The notes under the pieces were generated by a model. That model saw nothing but the letters and a program-made list of their open reading frames with translations. It did not search any database and was not told the origin of the DNA. A DNA stretch of 9,291 nucleotides from Zygnema circumcarinatum SAG 698-1b (lineage: Eukaryota > Plantae > Zygnematophyceae): assembly GCA_037447605.1 (NCBI GenBank), contig JBBHKD010000054.1, forward strand, positions 1-9,291, given 5' to 3'. Every line of letters starts with the position of its first letter. Within the stretch, counting starts at the first letter, position 1. The translations under genes were made by a program, and so were the position numbers. Positions 1 through 7,987 of this stretch are shown here, piece after piece.

Positions 1-439
1 CATGGATGGAACACGAGTGGACTTCTTCTCGCTGCACTTTGTCTCCTGGCGGGGCGAGCTGCTCCTTCCCCATCATCCTCGAGTCCCTTGCCACCCTCCG
101 CCTTCCCCAAACGCCACGCACGACGGCAGGTCTCCCTACCCGGAGTCACCCATGTCACTGGTGTGGCAGCCCCCCATTCTTTGTATGAGATCGCAGTTCT
201 TGGCTGGGGTCGGAGCTTCCCCTGTTGCTGCCCCAGATGCCGGCCCTCTTCTGGCACGGCGAGGGATTTTTTCAGCCAATGCTCAGCTCCTCACTTAGAC
301 CACAAGACCATCAATGATGAAGAGTGACTGGAGTAGAGAGCCAGATTTGGTGGAGCCAGCAGTACTCTCAAGACCCAATCAAGCATTCTCAACTTGGCAA
401 TGCAGCGCCGAAATCACTGATTTTGACACAACATTAGCT

Positions 440-1217
440 CAACATCGGCAGAGACCCACCTCATTGAGCACCATATCTCGATCCAGAGTCCACCTCAGGT
501 GACCATGACTCCTGCCGCTTCCGCGCTCAGCGGCGCATCTGGAACAGCGTCGAACAGACGTGGAAGGCCAAGCTTGAGCAGGAGAAGGGCCTTGGGCAAG
601 CCAGCGTTTCTGCCCCCAGAAGCCGAGTGGCACACTCGTCTGTGGTGACACTGGAACTGAATGCCATAAAGTGGGAATCCTTGCTGCGTCCCAATCTGGA
701 CCTAATTCTCATCTCCCCTGAGGACCGATGGTTCTCGGCCTGACATAAAAGTGCTCTGGCAGGTATTTGGCCACGGTCGCTCAAGCGGGTTTGGCAGCAG
801 CACTCATGAGTGGACAGTGCTTCCCTTTGGGCTCAGGATTAAGCCCCAGGCTCACAGCACCTGGCCGCCCAGTATCCAACCCCTCTCGCGCCTTCTGCGA
901 GCCTTGCATGGATGATGCTTCCTCCCACAGCAAGGGCTGACCCTGCCCACCTGCAACACATGGCCAGGGCCTTCACGTACTCATCAGTGCACGTTTAGAG
1001 ATTGCACCAGACCTCTCAAAGTCAGGGGCGCCCAGGGGTTCACATCTGGGCACCGCCCTCAAATGGGCTGGAACCATCACTCGACAAGATTGAAGCGATT
1101 GACCTTATGCTGATTCCACAGAACCTCACTCAGCTCAAGTCTTTCTTGGGACTCACCTCATTCTATCGCCGGTTCATCAAGGGCTATGCCCTTATCGCGC
1201 GCCCCCTACATGCTTAG
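440..1217 (+). pseudogene. Gypsy reverse transcriptase, heavily frameshifted (start approximate)
   Basis: Motif fragments occur in shifting frames: HLIEHHI (~455-478), VCGD (~637-650), DIK.LWQV (742-765), HEWTVLPFGL (805-834), CMDD at the YxDD position (905-916), HLQH (~948-960), and the thumb region GLEPSLDKIEAI...PQNLTQLKSFLGLTSFYRRFIKGYALIARPL (ORF 1002-1217). Confidence 0.8.
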
Positions 1218-1644
1218 AGAGCAGGAGTGCCACTATGGATGGAGCCGGGCGGATGTGGCCCTCCAAGGCTCAAGTGCCTCCTAAGGCTGCTTGTCTGCAT
1301 GGACTCGACCCCACTGCCCACCATTGCTGGACCCGGCTGGATCAACGGCTTGGGCGGTAGCGTCAGCCTTCTCGGATGGGGAGCACCGATCCGTTATGTC
1401 AAGCTTGTTCGGAAACCGATGCAAATTACAGCCTTTGCCATGGGGGTGACGGTATTCTGTGGGCACTGGAGAGTTCAGGGCTCTGGCCCATGTGGTCAGG
1501 CTGACATCCTAGCTTGGCTGCACATCATGGCTGTCCTCCGACACTAAGTTTGCACGATGGGTGATGAAGTTGGAGGAGTATAATGTACTCAAGGTCACCC
1601 ACCGTCCCGGCCGCAGTCACGGCAATGCTGACGGCCTCAGTCGC
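1218..1644 (+). pseudogene. Gypsy RNase H, frameshifted in its 5' part and intact at its C-terminus
   Basis: Remnant DANYS...ILWAL (~1418-1470), then an open frame reading KFARWVMKLEEYNVLKVTHRPGRSHGNADGLSR (1546-1644), the typical Gypsy RNase H end. Confidence 0.75.
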
Positions 1645-2714
1645 AATCCTTCGGCTCCCCTCCTCTGTCACGATCCGGCCGTTCCTGAACCCATCCCTCC
1701 ACCCACCCTTTTGAACCCTGAGCATCTTCCCATTGAGATTTTTATTGCCGCTCAAGCCTTGCATGATGTCCTATTCGCAGATGGGCTGATCGATATTCCG
1801 GCCACGGCCACCACCCTCCATCGCTGGCAGGACCCTGACTTCACCCACGGCCACCCCCATGCGGATCCGTGGGAACTCCTCATGGATGACGATGGCGAAG
1901 CTCCCTTTCTTCCTCCCCATTTCCCCAGCGCCAATGACGTCCATTCAGACTCCTCCCTTCTGCGCTACGTCATGACCCGCACATTGCCCCCTTTTATCAC
2001 GGACAACGAGAGGGCTCGGCTGCTCCGCCGCGCTCGGAACTTCTCTGTTGATGATGACGGACAGATTCTGTACCTCCCTTCTGGCCTTCCTGTTCCTTTC
2101 CCCAACGAACGCATGGAGATTCTGGATGTCGCCCACGATTCCCAGCCCGGCGGATTCCACCTTGGCCAGAAGAAGATGGTCGCTCTGCTGCAGGAGCGTT
2201 ATTATTGGCCCGGCCTCCATGGCGCGGTGAGCCGCTACATCAACACCTGCACCCGCTGCCAACGCGGCAAGCGCTCTGCTCCCCCCGACCGCCAACCCCT
2301 GGAGATGGGTGAGATCCCCATACGAGGCGTCGCCGAAGATTGGAACATTGACACCTTTTCTATCCCCCAGCTCGGCACCCCCTCTGGCTACATTCGGGTC
2401 TTCCTAGCCGTGGACAGATACACCAAGTGGGTGGAAGTTCATGCGACAGAATCTAAGCATTCCATCCACTCTGCTCGCCTCCTGACGGCCATCATTCACC
2501 GCCACTCTCTCCCCTACTCTGTCCACTCTGACAATGGCACCGAATACAAGGGGGCATTTGCCAAGCTCATGCAGGACTTCCGCATCATTCACCACACCTC
2601 TAGCCCCTACTCCCCCTGGCAGAATGGGCTTGCAGAACGTACCATACAGACGGTCAAGGATGCGTGCGTTCGCGGCTGCGCGGAGCTGGAGGCGGACTGG
2701 CGCGAGGTCATCCC
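1645..2714 (+). CDS. Gypsy RNase H-integrase linker plus integrase HHCC zinc finger and DDE core (5' part of the interrupted integrase; track ORF 1561-2877 runs on into the Copia LTR)
   Basis: HHCC motif H(2134)DSQPGGFH...YYWPG...CTRC(2259). Catalytic residues D in WNIDT (2350), D in HSDNG (2530) and E in NGLAER (2635). The frame is open with no stops up to the insertion point. Confidence 0.93.
2710..2714. repeat. Left target-site duplication ATCCC
   Basis: ATCCC immediately precedes the LTR terminus TGTTG at 2715 and recurs at 7983-7987 after the other terminus. Confidence 0.9.
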
Positions 2715-3288
2715 TGTTGGTGCAGGGACTCCTCCACTGCTGCCGGCTTCTCCACTCGCATCACCTTCCATCGGAGTTCGCGTTCCAATCGATGATGACA
2801 TTTCCCAAACTCTCACATTCACTCATAGCCCATTTTACTCACAGAGTGAACCTCTCAGAATATGCACAGCGGAATAACAGAGAGAAAAGGATAGGAGAAA
2901 GCTCTCGGCTCTAAAACTCCTTAATAATAATCTTATCAACACAAAATGAGAGACCCCCTCTCAAATAGCCCAATAAACTCAAAAGCCCACTACCTCGCAG
3001 CACAAGCAAGTGTAATGTTCAGCAACACGAGCATCAGCTTCTCAGAGTCTACNNNNNNNNNNGCGTCACGCTAATCTTCGATTCGTGCCACGTACGCGCC
3101 TCGTCACTTTCTGGAATGTCGCGTCGCGCCTCGTCACTTCTGACTCAGCCGCGCCGCGCCCCTTCCACCGACCAATGTCTGTACTCCCGCCTAGTAACTA
3201 AGGCGCACACCGCCGCCAGAGAAACACACAACACAAAACCGCAAAACTAATGTTCCAACAAAACTATGCTAACTATCATACACTAACA
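2715..3288 (-). repeat. Copia 3' LTR, containing the N gap 3053-3062; about 470 bp missing relative to the 5' LTR
   Basis: 2715-3052 matches 6946-7283 at 337/338 positions. 3063-3288 resembles the right end of the other LTR and ends ...CATACACTAACA. It lies adjacent to the PPT. Confidence 0.93.
3053..3062. other. Assembly gap (10 N) inside the Copia 3' LTR
   Basis: Run of N. Confidence 0.99.
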
Positions 3289-3300
3289 ATCCCCCTCTTT
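3289..3300 (-). other. Copia polypurine tract AAAGAGGGGGAT
   Basis: Purine run on the minus strand directly abutting the TGTTAG start of the 3' LTR, 7 nt after the pol stop codon (3308-3310). Confidence 0.88.
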
Positions 3301-3307
3301 GGAACTT

Positions 3308-5422
3308 CTAGTTTTGCATGGGCCCCAGCCCAATCAACCTGCAGTTGACTAATAGTGTTTCCCCGCTAGCCCCCTTTGTTAGCATGTCTGCGGCTTGCTC
3401 CTTGGTGCCTACGAACTTCACCTCAATCAGGCCCTCCTCGACCAACTCCGGTACGTAATGGTACTGCACTCGAATGTGCTTGGTCCTCTTGTGGAACACC
3501 GGGTTCCCCACCAGGGCAATCGATGATTGATTGTCGGTAAATAAAGTGATCGGATGTTGGTCCCTTTTGCATTCCCCAAAGAACTGCAAGAGCCAAACTC
3601 CTTCCTTCGAAGCATGACAAGCACCCATGTACTCGCCTTCCGTGCTCGATAACGCCACCGAGTCCTGCAACTTGGAACTCCATGAAATCGCTCCTCCTCC
3701 ATTCAGGTAAACGAAACCCGAGGTCGAGCGTGACGTATCGACATCTCCTCCCCAATCTGAGTTTGTATAGCCAATCACTTTGGTTGGCCCCCTCTCATAC
3801 CTGATTCCATAATCGAGCGTCCCCTTCACGTATCTGAAAATCCTCTTCACCGCCTCCCNNNNNNNNNNCACTGGAGCGAACGTCTCCATGTAGTCAATCC
3901 CATACTGCTGGCCGTATCCTTTCGCCACTAACCGCGCCTTGTACCTATCCACGCTTCCGTCTGCCTTCCTCTTGACTTTGAAGACCCATTTGCAGCCGAT
4001 AGCTCGCCTCCCTTGAGGCAGCTCCTCCAATCTCCACGTGCCGTTCTCGATCAGGCTGTCCCATTCGCTATCAATCGCAACCCGCCACTTATCGCCATCG
4101 ACTCCGTCGTGCGCCTCCTCAAAGGTCTGTGGCTCGGTAATCATGAAACAGTGGGCAACTCCCACAAGGTCAGCTGAATCTGATGGCACTCTCTCTTGGA
4201 TCAGATTGGTACCAGGCGAAAACCGATCTGGTCGCCTCGTGTCTCGGCCGCTCCTCCGGACTGTCTTCGCACTTCGTCCTCTCGGGTAGAAGTAGAGTCC
4301 GGGAACAAAACCTGGGGGCATGTTCGCTAACATTGCCTCCCTCTCGGCCGCTTCAAGATCCTCTGAATCTTGCGCGTGAAGCGGGACCGTCTCCACTGAG
4401 TTCTCCTCTTCACCACTGGAGTGAGTGTGAAGGGGAATCGTCTCCGCTGAACTGTGCGGCTCCTCCGCATGCGCCTCCACGGGCGTCTCTCCATCATCAG
4501 CCGGCTCACTTGTCGCTGCCGCTGGCTCGGCTCCTTCATTTGCCGACGTGCTGGCACCCTGCACAGCACCACCCTTCTCTCCAACTGTTTCTCCCTCCTC
4601 GTACACGATCTCGAGGTCGGTCTTCGACGGAGGTAAGATCTGAGAGTCTGCAACACGCTCAACCACACTATCTTCATCAACTGTAATGTCTCTCGTCTGG
4701 AGAACTTCCTTCAGTCGAGGGTTCCAAACCCTGTAGGTGCGGCTGCTGGTGTTGTAGCCGAGCACGTAGCCCTCCACGGCTCGGGGGTCGAATTTCTTCT
4801 TCTGTCGCGCCTTGGGCAGTGCAGCCCAGCATCGCGCGCCAAAGGTCCTCAGGTGGGAAACTGTGGGCTTCCTCCCACTCCACATCTGCTCAGGGACCTG
4901 GTCTTTCAGAACAGAAGACGGACATCTGTTCCTAATGTAAGCAGCCGTAGAAACTGCTTCTCCCCAAAAGGAAGCCGGAAAGGGGGAATCAATCAACATG
5001 GTCCTGGCCATGTCCCCCAATGTCCTATTCACACGTTCAGCTGCTCCATTACTCTGTGGGGAATAGGGGGCTGAGAATTCATGCCTTATACCGCGGTTCT
5101 TCAGAAACGCCGCGAATTCCTTCGATTTGAACTCGCCACCATTGTCCGAACGGAAAGCCTTCAGCTTCAGTCCCGTCTCTGTCTCCGCCTGGTTCAGCCA
5201 GTCTCGAAAGGCTCCGAAAGCCTCTGACTTGTTCTTCAGGAGTGTAATCCAAATCTTCCTCGAATAGTCGTCAAGGAAGGTGACGAAGTACCTCGCTCCG
5301 CCACTGGTCGCCGGTGTAACTGGGCCACACAAGTCAGAATGTACCAATTCCAACTTCTCTCGCGCTCGATAGGACTCGTCTCCACTCCTCACGAATGGTC
5401 TCCTGTGCGCCTTGCCCTCCAC
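3308..5422 (-). CDS. Copia pol: integrase core, RT (central part lost in the gap) and RNase H
   Basis: Integrase: [26 protein letters not shown]...NGAAER (DD35E). RT N-terminus: CKWVFKVK...[26 protein letters not shown]. After the gap: [10 protein letters not shown] and RNase H SDWGGD...SSTEGEY...TDNQS...RTKHI...ADMLTK. Confidence 0.95.
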   Translation of the reverse strand: MEGKAHRRPFVRSGDESYRAREKLELVHSDLCGPVTPATSGGARYFVTFLDDYSRKIWITLLKNKSEAFGAFRDWLNQAETETGLKLKAFRSDNGGEFKSKEFAAFLKNRGIRHEFSAPYSPQSNGAAERVNRTLGDMARTMLIDSPFPASFWGEAVSTAAYIRNRCPSSVLKDQVPEQMWSGRKPTVSHLRTFGARCWAALPKARQKKKFDPRAVEGYVLGYNTSSRTYRVWNPRLKEVLQTRDITVDEDSVVERVADSQILPPSKTDLEIVYEEGETVGEKGGAVQGASTSANEGAEPAAATSEPADDGETPVEAHAEEPHSSAETIPLHTHSSGEEENSVETVPLHAQDSEDLEAAEREAMLANMPPGFVPGLYFYPRGRSAKTVRRSGRDTRRPDRFSPGTNLIQERVPSDSADLVGVAHCFMITEPQTFEEAHDGVDGDKWRVAIDSEWDSLIENGTWRLEELPQGRRAIGCKWVFKVKRKADGSVDRYKARLVAKGYGQQYGIDYMETFAPVXXXXEAVKRIFRYVKGTLDYGIRYERGPTKVIGYTNSDWGGDVDTSRSTSGFVYLNGGGAISWSSKLQDSVALSSTEGEYMGACHASKEGVWLLQFFGECKRDQHPITLFTDNQSSIALVGNPVFHKRTKHIRVQYHYVPELVEEGLIEVKFVGTKEQAADMLTKGASGETLLVNCRLIGLGPMQN
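3859..3868. other. Assembly gap (10 N) standing in for the Copia RT core including YVDD; roughly 0.7 kb missing by comparison with typical Copia RTs
   Basis: The N run sits between TFAPV and EAVKRIFRY, which are normally about 250 aa apart in Copia RT (my estimate). Confidence 0.9.
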
Positions 5423-5855
5423 ACATTCTCTGGCAAACCCCCAACTCCTTCTCCACTACACCCGGGTCTAGCCCACGGACTAGCCCCCTCTCAGCCAACA
5501 GCTTCATGCCTCTGTGGTGTAAGTGACCAAGTCTACGATGCCATACATCTACGGCATTCTCTGAAACTGCATTCACCTCCTCATGATTCTCCCTCTTATA
5601 ATCAAGATAATACAGCCCTCCTTTCTCATAACCCCTGAACAGCTGTCTCCCAGTTTCTGAGTGGATAGCCACGCATGACTTCTCCTCAAACAGAACACTG
5701 TATCCCTTCTTGCACACTTGGCTCACAGACATGAAATTCTGCATGAGGCCAGGGGTGTGAAGAACATCACCAATGAGCAGTTTCTCCTGAACATCGTCTT
5801 CATTGATGACTGAGCCGTCTCCGAGGACCATCCTCACGGCTCCACCTCTCGTCAC
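5423..5855 (-). CDS. Copia protease C-terminus and GAG-pre-integrase/HHCC region, joined to the integrase core by a single-base frameshift near 5434
   Basis: [23 protein letters not shown] and WHRRLGH (5543). GVC(Q/R) shifts frame into ECVEGKAH. Confidence 0.88.
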
Positions 5856-6222
5856 AGTGACTCCTTCACCGGTTGCCTAGAACAGGCTGGGCAGATCTGC
5901 TCCAAGGTGTCAAACTTGGAGAACATCGATATGTCCCCGCACATGTGTGTGGATGCCGCGAATCGGTGGCCACGGCCGCTTCAGGTCTTCTGCCTGAATC
6001 CTTCCCACAAAATCGTGCTCAGTATTCTCAGCCAGCATCAGTGCCTGACTGCTACCTTTTGAGTCTAAACTCTTATGACCTCTCTTCTACACTCTGAAAC
6101 AAGTGCCGTGACGCCTTCTTCTCCTTCTTGCCGCGGATAAAGTCGCATTCCTCCCTTCTCTGAACTGCTTTTGTTCTGAAATTAACCTGGAGTAGTGGCC
6201 GGTCTTGCCACATGTGAAGCCC
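5856..6222 (-). pseudogene. Copia gag C-terminal zinc knuckles and aspartic protease, several frameshifts
   Basis: FTCGKTGHYSR (~6218-6186) and CFR..KRGHKSLD (~6101-6063) are CCHC remnants. The protease motif reads D-S-(shift)-A-S-T-H-M-C-G-D (~5965-5930). Confidence 0.78.
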
Positions 6223-7032
6223 TCACACCCGAGGCGTTCTCCTCGCCAGGCTGACTTCGAGGAAGTGTCTCCTCTGGATCAATCGAGTGTGCACGCGCAC
6301 CTCTCTTCTTAAGCGCCGACATCCTGAATGTCCATCCTTTATCCTACGCTTAACTTGTTCAAGCGTCATAGAGGTATTGGTCAGAACTGTCCTCAAGGCT
6401 GCCACTGAAACTTCGAATCTCCCGGGCAAACCCCCTAGAAACTGGCTTATCTTATGGTCTGCATCTAACGGTTTCCCTAAGGCTATGAACCTCTCCATCA
6501 ATGCATCAAATCTGACCATGTAAGCTTCTAATTTCTCCTCTGAAGTCATCTTCATCTTGCCTAGCTGAGTGTAAAGACTGACTATAGTCACATTGTCTTT
6601 CACATCATACATCTCCTCTAGACACTTCCACATAGCATGAGAGGTTTTCAGATCATACAGCATAGAGGATGGACTTCCTCTTACGCTCATAACAATCTGC
6701 GTCAGGGCTTTGTTGTCCTTGGCCTTCCATCGTGCGAGCGCCACGTCGTGCTCCGACTGCTGCTCCGCTGAGGCTCCAACCGGTAACTCCGGCGCCTTGA
6801 TGCTGCCATCAACATACCCAAGCAACCCTTTGCCCACAAGCAAAGGCACCAACCTCCATCTCCATGCCTTGTAATCCTGCCCATCAAACGCCGGTATGCT
6901 GAACTTGACGTGGTCCTCCGAGTCTCCATGAGCTTTGATACCACTTGTTGATGCAGGGACTCCTCCACTGCTGCCGGCTTCTCCACTCGCATCACCTTCC
7001 ATCGGAGTTCGCGTTCCAATCGATGATGACAT
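6223..7032 (-). CDS. gag: Copia gag; in-frame ATGs at 7032 and 7002 lie within the 5' LTR, and the 3' end is frameshifted around 6330
   Basis: FSIPAFDGQDYKAW...GYVDG...WKAKDNKALTQI...MWKCLEEMY...FLGGLP, typical of Copia UBN2/Retrotran_gag-type capsid regions. Confidence 0.88.
   Translation of the reverse strand: MSSSIGTRTPMEGDASGEAGSSGGVPASTSGIKAHGDSEDHVKFSIPAFDGQDYKAWRWRLVPLLVGKGLLGYVDGSIKAPELPVGASAEQQSEHDVALARWKAKDNKALTQIVMSVRGSPSSMLYDLKTSHAMWKCLEEMYDVKDNVTIVSLYTQLGKMKMTSEEKLEAYMVRFDALMERFIALGKPLDADHKISQFLGGLPGRFEVSVAALRTVLTNTSMTLEQVKRRIKDGHSGCRRLRREVRVHTRLIQRRHFLEVSLARRTPRV
6931..6943 (-). other. Primer binding site, tRNA-iMet type (TGGTATCAAAGCT)
   Basis: Starts 2 nt inside the 5' LTR end and matches the canonical plant iMet PBS TGGTATCAGAGC at 11 of 12 positions. 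Confidence 0.88.
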
Positions 7033-7982
7033 TTCCCAAACTCTCACATTCACTCATAGCCCATTTTACTCACAGAGTGAACCTCTCAGAATATGCACAG
7101 CGGAATAACAGAGAGAAAAGGATAGGAGAAAGCTCTCGGCTCTAAAACTCCTTAATAATAATCTTATCAACACAAAATGAGAGACCCCCTCTCAAATAGC
7201 CCAATAAACTCAAAAGCCCACTACCTCGCAGCACAAGCAAGTGTAATGTTCAGCAACACGAGCATCAGCTTCTCAGAGTCTACAATAGCTACGTTGATAA
7301 TCAGAAGTTAAAGATTAACAACCAAACAAAACAACACACTATATACTATGTCACAACATCCGTGACACTACCATACAACGAAGCTCACAACATCGGCTAG
7401 CGGCCCGCAAGGGCCCTATCCCGATCCTCATCTGCGGCGTCCCAGGGATCCTCATTAGGCTCACCACCGCGGACATCCGTACGTTTTCCTCCGGAGTCAG
7501 ATCCATTTCCGGCCTCTAAGCTAATCCGTCTTAGCGCCGTAGGATCGACCCGCCTCCAAGATTGATGGCCGGCGTCCCAAACTCGCGTGCGTCGTCACTT
7601 GCGCCATCGACTTGTCAGCGCCGCTCCGTACAATGATGAATCGCTGGCGCCCGACATTTTAGCGCCCGCTTGCTCAGCGTCGTCGAATCGTTCCAATCAA
7701 AGGTTGGCGCGGCGCCAGCGTCACTTCGGTCGTAGCCTTGGTCAGCGCTACGTCGGCGCCCGCATCTTCAATTCGCTCACGCCCGACGCGTCAGCGCCGC
7801 GTCACTTTCGATTCGTCGGCGTGGCCTCGTCGCCGACTCGCGCGCCCAGCTCCCTCTTCCGCCGACCAAATGTCCGTACCGCCGCCTACTAACTTAGGCG
7901 CGCACCGCCGCCAAGGAAACACGCAACACAAACACACAAAACTAATGTTCCAACAAAACATGCTAACTATCATACACTAACA
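6946..7982 (-). repeat. Copia 5' LTR (1037 bp)
   Basis: Minus strand reads TGTTAG...CAACA. It is flanked by the PBS on the inside and the TSD on the outside, and is homologous to 2715-3288. Confidence 0.94.
7340..7345 (-). promoter_or_regulatory. Candidate TATA box (TATATA) in the Copia 5' LTR
   Basis: TATATA lies at the transition from the GC-rich, motif-rich U3-like part to the T-rich R/U5-like part (minus-strand reading). Position and motif are the only evidence. Confidence 0.35.
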
Positions 7983-7987
7983 ATCCC
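7983..7987. repeat. Right target-site duplication ATCCC
   Basis: Follows the LTR terminus ...CTAACA and is identical to 2710-2714. Confidence 0.9.

Larger units (their letters stand above)
2715..7982 (-). mobile_element. Ty1/Copia LTR retrotransposon, structurally full-length, with two assembly gaps and frameshifts
   Basis: Paired LTRs with TG/CA termini, 5-bp TSD, PBS, PPT, and gag-PR-INT-RT-RH order on the minus strand. Confidence 0.96.

Noticed and set aside
2-502. Short overlapping ORFs (2-298, 6-188, 88-327, 314-502) as independent genes
   Set aside because: They contain no recognisable motifs and lie directly upstream of the frameshifted RT, so they are most likely a corrupted protease-RT linker.
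1780-1960. FADG...VHSDSSLL as an additional archaeal-type RNase H (Tat-like)
   Set aside because: The spacing is off, there is no NNxAEY or NxxADxLA motif, and DVHSDSSLLRY fits the usual pre-integrase D..LL.Y motif better.
1945-2595. Antisense ORFs 1945-2295 and 2404-2595, and frame-shifted ORFs such as 2048-2230
   Set aside because: These are shadow ORFs of a GC-rich coding region with no domain signatures.
3859-3868. Natural internal deletion of the RT core making a non-autonomous derivative
   Set aside because: The missing segment coincides exactly with an N gap, so it is unassembled rather than shown to be deleted. The apparent in-frame continuity across the gap is an artefact of the placeholder length.
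4038-5074. Plus-strand and alternate-frame ORFs over Copia pol (4038-4289, 4183-4686, 4327-4680, 4853-5074)
   Set aside because: They are shadows of the low-complexity acidic INT-RT linker and integrase, with no independent coding evidence.
7587-7980. ORFs within the Copia U3 (7587-7892, 7738-7980, 7791-7973) as an extra LTR-encoded gene
   Set aside because: The sequence is GC-rich and stop-poor, the peptides are Arg/Ser/Ala-biased, and the corresponding part of the other LTR does not preserve them.
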